The notes beneath the pieces were generated by a model, which ran no database searches, was not told the DNA's origin, and was given only the letters and a program-made list of their open reading frames with translations. The translations under genes and the position numbers were made by a program. A stretch of 64,000 bases of DNA from Dehalococcoidia bacterium (lineage in GTDB: Bacteria; Chloroflexota; Dehalococcoidia; UBA6926): contig CBDEUZ010000007.1 of NCBI GenBank assembly GCA_965243495.1, positions 1,612,585 to 1,676,584 on the forward strand, read 5' to 3'. Numbering within the stretch: the first letter of the stretch is position 1; each line of letters opens with the position of its first letter. Shown here piece after piece: positions 19,615-27,575 of the stretch.

Positions 19615-19644
19615 ATGATACGTGCCGCCCCAGCCTTCGGTCAA
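19615..19644 (-). promoter_or_regulatory. Sigma70-type promoter of the rplU-rpmA-rpmE operon
   Basis: TTGACC (19644-19639), 18 nt spacer, TATCAT (19620-19615). Confidence 0.65.
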
Positions 19645-19663
19645 GGAGACAGCCCGATTATTC

Positions 19664-20239
19664 CTATCTGATGCTCCACCATTTCACCGGGTTGGCCATG
19701 TCCAGTTCCTCCAGCGTTTCAAGTCGGATGATGCGGACCTTCGGCTCCTCCCCGTGATTCACCTCAAGCAACCCCACTGTCCCGACAAGGTGATCAAGAT
19801 TGTGGGGCAGGGTGGGACTTCCCGGATTCACACACAGCACGTCCTTGACCTTAACGACCTCCTCCGTGTGCGTGTCTCCAAAGATAATGATGTCTACGGC
19901 TCGTCCGAACTCGTGACCCATCACGGATTCGATGGTGCGATGCGGGGGGAACTCCGGGATCGCCAGCCCGTGAGTCAGTCCGATAGAGAACCCCTCGACC
20001 TCCATCACCCGGGTCCGTTCAATCCGCGGGTCAGTGATCTTGCGAAAAAAATCACCATTGCCTTCGCACGCGTAGACAGGCGCGGCGCGTTCAAGATCGT
20101 CAAGGCATGACGGGCTGTAGATGTCGCCCGCATGGAGGATAAATTCCGCACCTGCGCCGGAAAATATTTCTAAAGCGCTCTCCGGCAGCGCCAACGGCGC
20201 CTCCGGCACGTGCGTATCGGATATTAGGCCGATGATCAA
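19664..20239 (-). CDS. Metallophosphoesterase, YfcE/MJ0936 family
   Basis: ISDTH, HAGD, GNGD, THG, FGDTH and NPGSPT. TTG 20239 gives the typical MIIGLISDTH start (ORF-track start is 20290). Confidence 0.88.
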   Translation of the reverse strand: MIIGLISDTHVPEAPLALPESALEIFSGAGAEFILHAGDIYSPSCLDDLERAAPVYACEGNGDFFRKITDPRIERTRVMEVEGFSIGLTHGLAIPEFPPHRTIESVMGHEFGRAVDIIIFGDTHTEEVVKVKDVLCVNPGSPTLPHNLDHLVGTVGLLEVNHGEEPKVRIIRLETLEELDMANPVKWWSIR

Positions 20240-20252
20240 AAGGGTATCTCGG

Positions 20253-21494
20253 TCACTTCCTGAGGGTGACGCGCGCGTCCTTCTCGCCAACGACTATTCG
20301 TGATACGCCTAGCAGTACCACGTCACGCAGGAGAGAGTGAAGCGCCATGTCGTCATCCGTCAATTGCAGAAGTGATTCGATTGCCGCCGATGCGCTCCCG
20401 TGCGTCCGCGTTGCGTCCCGCAGCCGCCCTGCCTCGTGGAACAAGAGCTGTGCTGCCGACCGAATAGCTTGCGCCGGGGTTCGACCCTTCGCCGCCTCTC
20501 GGGCTAGGTTGCTTATTCGCAAATCGACAGCTGCCTCGATTCGCGAGGCAATCCCGTCGAGGTCGATTCGCGCAAGCACCGCTGAGTCAAGTTCCCGTGC
20601 ACGCCGGGTGTGATATGAGCAGCGTCCCTGGTTCGTCGCCGCCTCGCACTGGTAATAGCGATACGTGTTGGATCCTGAAGACCCGTCGTTTCGTGTCCAT
20701 GATTGGCGGCGTGTTACACCAACCATATTGCTGCCGCAAGCGCCGCAGATTGCCGTGCCGGATAAGAGGTATGGCCTCCCCGCCCCATATCCTGCGCGTT
20801 TTGCCCGCTCGTCAAGCCGCTCCTGTATTTCCTTGAACAGCGGAGATGTGACGAGTGCAGGGTGGTTTCCGGAAACACGCGCGCCAAATCGGTTGTAGGC
20901 GCCGGTATAGACACGATTGCGCAACATGTCACGGATTGTGACGATGCTCCATGCGCCTCCCCGGCGAGTTCGCAGTCCACGTGAATTCAGTTCCGAGGCA
21001 ATGGCGCGGATGCCTTTGCCCTGTGCCGCAAGCCCAAAGATGATTTTGACGACAGTCGCTTCCTCGGGGTGTTCTTCCAACTGACCGTGTTCCCCGGTCT
21101 TGTAGCCATATGGAATGCGGCCTAAAACGACGCCACGCAGTGCCTTGCGCGCCATGCTCTGCCGGATCATCTCTCCCCGGTCTGAAGGTGCTGCGCCATT
21201 CTCCGGCGTCAGGGCGATCTCAAGCGGATGCCCCCTCGCTTCCACAGAGACCAGCTCAACGCCCATCGCCTCCAGGCGCAGTAACTCCTCAATGAGTCGG
21301 ACACGGGGAATACGATCCCCCGGCGAGATCATCACGGAAACTCCGGCGGGCTCTTTTTCCTCGATTAGTCGTTGGCGTAGAGCCCAAAAACCGTCTTCCG
21401 TCGCCGCGTACATTCCGTCGAATGGCGCGTTGCTTTCTGCAGCCGCGCGATCAAGATCGCGGCGGTCCCCCACGCCGAATAAGATACTTGCCAC
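20253..21494 (-). CDS. Large serine recombinase-family protein (recombinase + zinc-ribbon domains) with degenerate catalytic domain
   Basis: PYGY..EEATVVKIIF..IASELN..WSIVTIRDMLRNRVYTG..HPALVT and YLLSGTAICGACG..YRYYQC. No YxRxS motif. GTG 21494 follows a GGGGAG SD (alternative start 21548). Confidence 0.8.
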   Translation of the reverse strand: MASILFGVGDRRDLDRAAAESNAPFDGMYAATEDGFWALRQRLIEEKEPAGVSVMISPGDRIPRVRLIEELLRLEAMGVELVSVEARGHPLEIALTPENGAAPSDRGEMIRQSMARKALRGVVLGRIPYGYKTGEHGQLEEHPEEATVVKIIFGLAAQGKGIRAIASELNSRGLRTRRGGAWSIVTIRDMLRNRVYTGAYNRFGARVSGNHPALVTSPLFKEIQERLDERAKRAGYGAGRPYLLSGTAICGACGSNMVGVTRRQSWTRNDGSSGSNTYRYYQCEAATNQGRCSYHTRRARELDSAVLARIDLDGIASRIEAAVDLRISNLAREAAKGRTPAQAIRSAAQLLFHEAGRLRDATRTHGSASAAIESLLQLTDDDMALHSLLRDVVLLGVSRIVVGEKDARVTLRK

Positions 21495-21622
21495 GGATCG
21501 CTGCTCCCCACCTGAATCCGCCGCTTTGTGCTTCGTAAATGTTAGCACACTATGCCAAGTTTATAGTCGCCTCCCCTTCCTTGCCCGTACCTTCGTATGG
21601 CCGCTACCCTAATTCTGAGACG

Positions 21623-23584
21623 ATGAAAGCCAGCAGAAAGAAACACCGCCGCTTTCCACCGCGAAGTGGAAAAGCTACCATCCATGAGGGCCCACCGCAG
21701 CGACTCACACTTGAACTTGAGCGCCCGGGCCATCAGGGTGACGCTGTTGGATGCCGCGACGACGGCAAGATCGTTCTCGCCGCATACGGTGTCGCAGGGG
21801 AGCGCGTCGTCGTTGAAGTACGTGAGGAGCATCCGACATACATCGTTGGTGAAGTCGTAGAAGTCCTGCGATCGTCGCCGGAGCGCGTGGAACCACGCTG
21901 CCCGCACTTTGGCGCATGTGGCGGTTGTCAGCTCCAGCACATCTCGTATGAAGAGCAGGGCAGGATTAAGCAGAACGTCCTCACTGATCAGCTCCGACGG
22001 ATCGGCCACATTGTGGAGCCTCCGGTCTCAGAAATACTCGCCGCCGAGGACCCATGGCACTACCGCAACAACGCCCGATTCACCGTGCGGCGCGAAGGCG
22101 TAACCGGATTCACGCATTGGCACACCCATCGGTTCGAGCCCATCGATGAGTGCCTGATCATGGACACGCGTATCAACGACATCAAACGCAAGCTGGATGG
22201 CGCGCTAACCAACCGCGAGCGCCAGCTTGCCGTCCGCATTGGTCATAACACAGGGGACACGCTTGTCCATCCTGCCCTCAATGGCCGTGGCGATGACCGG
22301 GACGTCGAAACCGGTCAGGATTCCTATGAGGAGCGGCTGTTCAACGTGCCGTTCAGGGTCTCCGCCGCCTCCTTTTTCCAGGTCAACACTGCCCAGGCCG
22401 AGCGCATGATGGCCTTGGTGAGAGATCGCCTCCAGCCCACGTCCTCGGACATCGTCGTTGACGCCTACGCCGGTGTCGGTACCATTGCTGCCCTGATCGC
22501 TCCGATGGTCGGGCGTGTCATTGCTGTCGAGGAGTCTGCCGCCGCCGTCCGCGACGCCGAGGTCAATCTTGCGCCGTTTCCAAACGTCGAGATGGTCTTG
22601 GCCAAGACGGAAGAAGCCCTGCCGGAACTTGATGAGCGTATCGATGCTGTTATCCTCGACCCGCCGCGTGCTGGCTGCTACCCGGAGGTCCTCGACGCCT
22701 TGCGCCGACTCCAACCTCGCCGCATCGTCTATGTTTCCTGCGATCCGGCCACCCTTGCCCGTGACCTCAACCGGCTAATCCTCTCCGGCTACATGCTTAC
22801 GGACGTAACACCAGTCGATATGTTTCCCCACACCTACCACATCGAAAGTGTTTCCACGCTGGAGCGGATGCCGGCTGACGGCTTCATTCTCGCATCCACA
22901 TCTGCCCGCCGCCGCGAAATCCTCACCCACCAATCCACTCCATTCGCCGCCCTCGCCCCTTCCACAAACATTGAAGAATCTGCCGACTCTATTATTCCGG
23001 CTTCCAACCCCGTCTCCTACGCCCAAAACCTCGCCCTCAGAAAAGCCCAATCCGTGGCGTATGAAAGCACAACAGTCCCCGTTGTCGGCGCGGATACCGT
23101 CGTTGTGTCTCCGGACGGCAGCATCCTCAATAAGCCGCAAGACGCGGATCAGGCTCGCCGTATGCTCCGAACGCTTAGGGGGAGAGACCATCAGGTCGTC
23201 ACTGCCATCGCCGTTATCCCGCCCGGCGACAACCCCGAGCCGGTAGTCGGGCACGAAATCAGCATAGGCCGAATGCGTGACTACACGGACGCGGAAATCG
23301 AGGAATACATCGCAACCGGCGACCCATTCGATAAGGCAGGCGCTTACGGCATCCAGCACCCGGAGTTCCGCCCCGTCGCAGAACTCAACGGCTGCTACTT
23401 GAACGTCGTCGGCCTCCCCCCGTGCCTGCTCCACCGCCTTCTAGGGCAGGCTGGGACACCTCCGCCAAGCCTCGCTGCCCCAGCAAATACTCTCGCCACT
23501 AATGGCGCCTGCGCCTACTGCGACCGGCGCACGCCGCCTCACCTCACGTTGCCCTGGCAGGATAAGTCGGAAGGTTCGATTTAG
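21623..23584 (+). CDS. rlmD: Fusion: RlmD/TrmA-family RNA m5U methyltransferase + Maf (YhdE-type) NTP pyrophosphatase
   Basis: TRAM domain, CPHFGACGGC, SFFQVN, DAYAGVG, LDPPRAG, YVSCDPATLARD and DMFPHTYHIE, followed in frame by ILASTSARR, GADTVV, KP, DKAGAYGIQ and NVVGLP. Confidence 0.9.
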   Translation: MKASRKKHRRFPPRSGKATIHEGPPQRLTLELERPGHQGDAVGCRDDGKIVLAAYGVAGERVVVEVREEHPTYIVGEVVEVLRSSPERVEPRCPHFGACGGCQLQHISYEEQGRIKQNVLTDQLRRIGHIVEPPVSEILAAEDPWHYRNNARFTVRREGVTGFTHWHTHRFEPIDECLIMDTRINDIKRKLDGALTNRERQLAVRIGHNTGDTLVHPALNGRGDDRDVETGQDSYEERLFNVPFRVSAASFFQVNTAQAERMMALVRDRLQPTSSDIVVDAYAGVGTIAALIAPMVGRVIAVEESAAAVRDAEVNLAPFPNVEMVLAKTEEALPELDERIDAVILDPPRAGCYPEVLDALRRLQPRRIVYVSCDPATLARDLNRLILSGYMLTDVTPVDMFPHTYHIESVSTLERMPADGFILASTSARRREILTHQSTPFAALAPSTNIEESADSIIPASNPVSYAQNLALRKAQSVAYESTTVPVVGADTVVVSPDGSILNKPQDADQARRMLRTLRGRDHQVVTAIAVIPPGDNPEPVVGHEISIGRMRDYTDAEIEEYIATGDPFDKAGAYGIQHPEFRPVAELNGCYLNVVGLPPCLLHRLLGQAGTPPPSLAAPANTLATNGACAYCDRRTPPHLTLPWQDKSEGSI

Positions 23585-24468
23585 CGGCGGGCGCGAGGCC
23601 CGAACGGCTCCGGCTGGAAAGGGGCGTCGCGGGTCTCGATGTAGCTTCGGAGCCCGCCCTTTTCGTTTGCATCGTCCAGGTACCGTTTAAAGTCCTCGCG
23701 CTGTGACGTGTGGGCAAGAGCGGCAAGCTCCGCGTTGAGGCTCCAGGCCTTGTCCAGCCCCATCATCTCCAGTCCCATCGTCGCGACGTGCAGGTTGATC
23801 TTGACTGTTTCCGGTGAAACGAGGGCGATGCGCTCGCCGATGTAGAAGCACTCCTCCAGCAGGTCATCGTGCGGCACAACCTTGTTGACAAGGCCAATGC
23901 GCAGCGCCTCCTCCGCGTCGATGTGGTCGCCGGTCAGCGCATAGCGGAGGGCGTTCTTGTAGCCCGCCAGCAGCACCCAGATGAAGTTGGTGTTGGAGAT
24001 GTGCCGCACCTCCGGCTGGCCAAACACCGCGTTCTCCGAGGCGATGGTGATATGGGTGGTCAGGGCTAGCCATGAGGCCGCGCCGAGCGCCCAGCCGTTG
24101 ATCGCGCCGATGATGGGCTTGGGATACTCCCAGCGCCGCATCTGGTCGCGGATGCCATTGCGATCACCGTCGCGCCATGAGTCTAGGAACTCGGCGATGG
24201 ATTGTCCCTCACGGAGGCCGTACGGCCAGACGACGGGCGGGAGTGATCCGTCGCGGGAACCGCGCATATTCGCGCCGGCGGAGAAAGCGCGTCCTGCACC
24301 CGTGAGAATCACGTAGCGGATTGAGTCGTCCTGCTCAGCTTCATCGAGCGCGGCGTTGAGATCGGCGCGCAACTCGACACTGAGGGAGTTCATCGCTTCA
24401 GGCCGGTTCAGCGTGATCAACACACCGTTCTTCTGCGGCTCGTACAGGATATTTTCATACGTGGTCAT
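23581..24468 (-). CDS. Enoyl-CoA hydratase/isomerase (crotonase) family protein
   Basis: ITLNRPEAMNSL, GAGRAFSAGA, PKPIIGAINGWALG, FGQPE and AEEALRIGLVNKVV. Confidence 0.92.
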   Translation of the reverse strand: MTTYENILYEPQKNGVLITLNRPEAMNSLSVELRADLNAALDEAEQDDSIRYVILTGAGRAFSAGANMRGSRDGSLPPVVWPYGLREGQSIAEFLDSWRDGDRNGIRDQMRRWEYPKPIIGAINGWALGAASWLALTTHITIASENAVFGQPEVRHISNTNFIWVLLAGYKNALRYALTGDHIDAEEALRIGLVNKVVPHDDLLEECFYIGERIALVSPETVKINLHVATMGLEMMGLDKAWSLNAELAALAHTSQREDFKRYLDDANEKGGLRSYIETRDAPFQPEPFGPRARR

Positions 24469-24502
24469 TGTGGTGACTCCTTCTTGTTATTCGTGGCGGC
24501 GG

Positions 24503-26914
24503 CTACACTAACGCCCCGCTCTCCGTCAGGCTCTTGATTTCCTCTGCACTCAGTCCAATGACGTTGTGGTAGATGTCGTCGTTATCCTGACCGGAGCTGG
24601 GGGCGGGGATGTCTGACTGGCCGGGTGTGTCGGACAGGCGCGCGGTGAGGGCGGGATGTGTGAGCGGCGGCGATGCGTCCCACGGCGCGGGTGGCTGAAC
24701 TGTGACAACGGAGCCGCGTTCCCGCAGGTGCGGGTCCCACACCAGCTTGTCTGGGCCTTGATCCATTCCTGCGGGCACGCCGTGGCGCTGGAGCCGGTCG
24801 AATACCTGCTGAGGGTTCATCCCGGCTGTCCATTCACCGATACGGCGGTCAAGCTCTTCCTTGTTCGCTACCCGGCCTTCCAGCGTGTTCCACTTGGCAT
24901 CCTGCGCCCACTCCGGGGATTCCATAGCGACAACAAGCCGCCGCCAATCGTCGTCATCGCGGCAAGCGATGGCGCACCAAGTGTCGTGGCCGATGCAGGC
25001 ATAGACCTCATGGGGTGCGAATCGGTCCGAGTTGTTGCCGTGCGCGACAGCGTCAACGCCGTTGATGGTGTAGTCCATGTAGAGAGCGCCGAGCGTGGAG
25101 GCAAGACCTTCAAGCTGGGCCACTTCGATGAACTGTCCCTCGCCGGTCTGAGCTCGATGCTCAAGCGCGGTCAGCATCGCGCCGACCGTGGCGGAACCGG
25201 CGACGTAGTCCGTATAGCCGAGCTTGGGGCGAGTGGTCATGGGGGCGTCCTCGTGACCCCAGATGTAACCGAGTCCGCAGAATCCGAAGATCATCTGGCC
25301 ATACGTGATGAAGTGGTGCGCCGGGCCGGTCAGGCCGAGCCCGGGCATCTGTACGACGATGATGTCCGGTTTGACCTTCACCAGTTCCTCATAGCCAAGG
25401 CCCATGCGATCCATGACACCCGCGCGCCAGTTGTCGATGACGATGTCAGATTCGGCAACCAGTCGTTTGACAACATCCAGCCCCTCAGGGTGCTGCGCGT
25501 TGATGGTTACACTGCGCTTGCCACGATTGAGTTCAGCAAAGCCGCCGGTGTCCGGCCTGCGTGGCTGCGGATGGGCGTCCGTCTCCACCTTGATAACATC
25601 AGCGCCCAGGAATGCAAGGAATCCGGCAGCAACGGGCCCCGCAACGGCCTGCGTGAAATCAACGACGCGTACACCATCTAGCGGCTTGATTCCGGTCGTG
25701 CCGTGGTCGCCGCTCGCTCCATTCATGGCAGCTCCCGCCGGGACAGGTGCGCGTACCTCGGAAAGAACTTCGTCCGTGTGTTGACCGACGGACGGAGCGG
25801 GGCGTCGCACGCCCCACGGTGTGCGGGACATGCGGAACGGCGCACCGGCAGTGCGGTACTTGCCAATGACAGGATGCTCAAGGTCCTCGAACCAGTCGCG
25901 CGAGTTCGGATGCGGGTGATTGACGAAATCAGAGACCTTGTGGATGGCAGTCGAGGGGATGCCGCGCCGCTGACCTTCGTCAACAAAGTCTTCGCTGTCT
26001 AGCTGGGCAATAAAGTCCACCATGACGGCATCGATCAGGTCGATGTTCTCGCGCCGCCAGGCAGGATCGAGCATGTTCTCCGCTGTCATATCATCGGAGC
26101 CAATCCAATCGGCCAGCCGAGTGAAATGGCGATCCATGTATGTAGAGGTCTGGACAAAGTTGCCGTCTTTCGTTTCAAAGATGGACACACCGGGGTTGCT
26201 GGGCGCGGAGCCGGTGCGCCGCCTTATGTACTGGTTGATGGAGTAGTCGCCTAACACAACCATCAGCTGCCAGAGGCCAACGTCCTGCAAAGAAATGTCC
26301 ACCTGCTGCCCGCGACCGGTCAGGCGCCGGGCATGCACGGCGGCCAGAACGCCGACAACGGTATGAAATCCGGCCACGCGATAGAGCTGCTCCGTCGGAA
26401 CAAGGCATGGTCGCGCATCGCCGTCGCCGTGGATATACATGACGCCGGTCATGGCCTGCACGGTCAACTCCGTACCGACATAGTCGCGGCGCGGGCCGGA
26501 TCGGCCATACGGGCTGATGCCGGCGTGAATCAGGCGTGGATTGGCGGCTGAGAGATCCGCGTAACCGATGCCCCGGTCATCAAGATACGTGCGGTCAAAA
26601 CACTCAACGACAATATCCGCGGTGGCGGCGAGGCGGCGCAGGGAGTCGCGGCCATCCTCGGTTTCGAGATTGAGAACAACGCTGCGCTTGTTGTGATTGT
26701 CCGAAATGAACGGGATGCTGCGGTCAGGATCAGGCGCGTTCCCGGCAAACGGGTCTCGGTTTCGCAGAGGATCCCCGCCGGGCGGCTCGATCTTGATAAC
26801 GTCCGCGCCGAGGTCACCGAGCAGGCGGGTAGCAAACTGTGGCGTCGGTCCGCCGAGGTCAAGGACACGCAGATGTCCAAGCGCCGACGCACTGTTTCCA
26901 TTCTGGTCAGTCAT
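24503..26914 (-). CDS. Family III (CaiB/BaiF) CoA-transferase with two tandem domains
   Basis: Two units: LRVLDL..GADVIKIEP..NKRS and LDGVRVVDF..GADVIKVE..NRGKRS. Start placed at MTDQ after a GAGGGG SD. Confidence 0.92.
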   Translation of the reverse strand: MTDQNGNSASALGHLRVLDLGGPTPQFATRLLGDLGADVIKIEPPGGDPLRNRDPFAGNAPDPDRSIPFISDNHNKRSVVLNLETEDGRDSLRRLAATADIVVECFDRTYLDDRGIGYADLSAANPRLIHAGISPYGRSGPRRDYVGTELTVQAMTGVMYIHGDGDARPCLVPTEQLYRVAGFHTVVGVLAAVHARRLTGRGQQVDISLQDVGLWQLMVVLGDYSINQYIRRRTGSAPSNPGVSIFETKDGNFVQTSTYMDRHFTRLADWIGSDDMTAENMLDPAWRRENIDLIDAVMVDFIAQLDSEDFVDEGQRRGIPSTAIHKVSDFVNHPHPNSRDWFEDLEHPVIGKYRTAGAPFRMSRTPWGVRRPAPSVGQHTDEVLSEVRAPVPAGAAMNGASGDHGTTGIKPLDGVRVVDFTQAVAGPVAAGFLAFLGADVIKVETDAHPQPRRPDTGGFAELNRGKRSVTINAQHPEGLDVVKRLVAESDIVIDNWRAGVMDRMGLGYEELVKVKPDIIVVQMPGLGLTGPAHHFITYGQMIFGFCGLGYIWGHEDAPMTTRPKLGYTDYVAGSATVGAMLTALEHRAQTGEGQFIEVAQLEGLASTLGALYMDYTINGVDAVAHGNNSDRFAPHEVYACIGHDTWCAIACRDDDDWRRLVVAMESPEWAQDAKWNTLEGRVANKEELDRRIGEWTAGMNPQQVFDRLQRHGVPAGMDQGPDKLVWDPHLRERGSVVTVQPPAPWDASPPLTHPALTARLSDTPGQSDIPAPSSGQDNDDIYHNVIGLSAEEIKSLTESGALV

Positions 26915-26997
26915 GACAGCATCCCCCTCTTCTGCCACATCTGCCGATTGTGGGCGTATCATCCCGCGTGGGGAATAATCTGTCTAGTTTTTGGGCG

Positions 26998-27513
26998 TCA
27001 ATCGGCAATGAACCTTAGAAGGAGGCCAAGGAGAATTACTATCGGGCCGAGAGAGAAGAGGACGTTGGTGGGGGAAACAAGGCGGGCCAGCGATGATCCG
27101 GCATCTGCCACGAGCCGTGTGAGAGGCCCGGGCAGGATTTCGCTCCAGAGGCCCTCAACAGGCGATGAGCGCCGCCGCGGGCCGCGCCTGCCAAGCGAGA
27201 TGGCAATCAGAAACATGACCGCAGAGAGGCCGACCTTTGCGCCAAGAAGTAGCGCGAAGCCGAAGCCGATTTCCTCCGTCAAACGGTCGTAGATGAGCAG
27301 AACACCGGTAATAAGCAATACCCACATTGAGAGGTCGACGGTCTGCTTAAATCTCTCGCCAATGAGGCGGGGAAGATCAGGGGAACCGCCCCCGCTCTGT
27401 CGCATGGCGGGTCGCAGCGCTGACAGGTAGAAGATATTGCCACCAACCCACGCGACCGTGGCGATCACATGCGCCCACCGCGTGACAAGGACAGTCACTT
27501 CAAGAAAAGTCAT
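26998..27513 (-). CDS. CopD-like / DUF2269-like membrane protein
   Basis: RWAHVIATVAWVGG, LLITG and LLGAKV; about four TM helices. Confidence 0.65.
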   Translation of the reverse strand: MTFLEVTVLVTRWAHVIATVAWVGGNIFYLSALRPAMRQSGGGSPDLPRLIGERFKQTVDLSMWVLLITGVLLIYDRLTEEIGFGFALLLGAKVGLSAVMFLIAISLGRRGPRRRSSPVEGLWSEILPGPLTRLVADAGSSLARLVSPTNVLFSLGPIVILLGLLLRFIAD

Positions 27514-27575
27514 GCAGATAGTGTACGGGGCAGCTCAGTGGGACGCGCTTCCCCATTCTTTTCTACAATTGCACC

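Noticed and set aside
19577-19615. 13 aa N-terminal extension of L21 predicted by the ORF track
   Set aside because: The upstream starts overlap the predicted -10 region and lack an SD; the ATC start at 19576 fits better.
20253-21548. Prophage or ICE marked by the serine recombinase
   Set aside because: The flanks are housekeeping genes, no phage or conjugation genes or att repeats were seen, and the catalytic motif is absent.
24656-25681. 341 aa plus-strand ORF (and similar ORFs at 8537-9304 and 11318-12187)
   Set aside because: Antisense to well-supported genes; typical GC-rich shadow ORFs.
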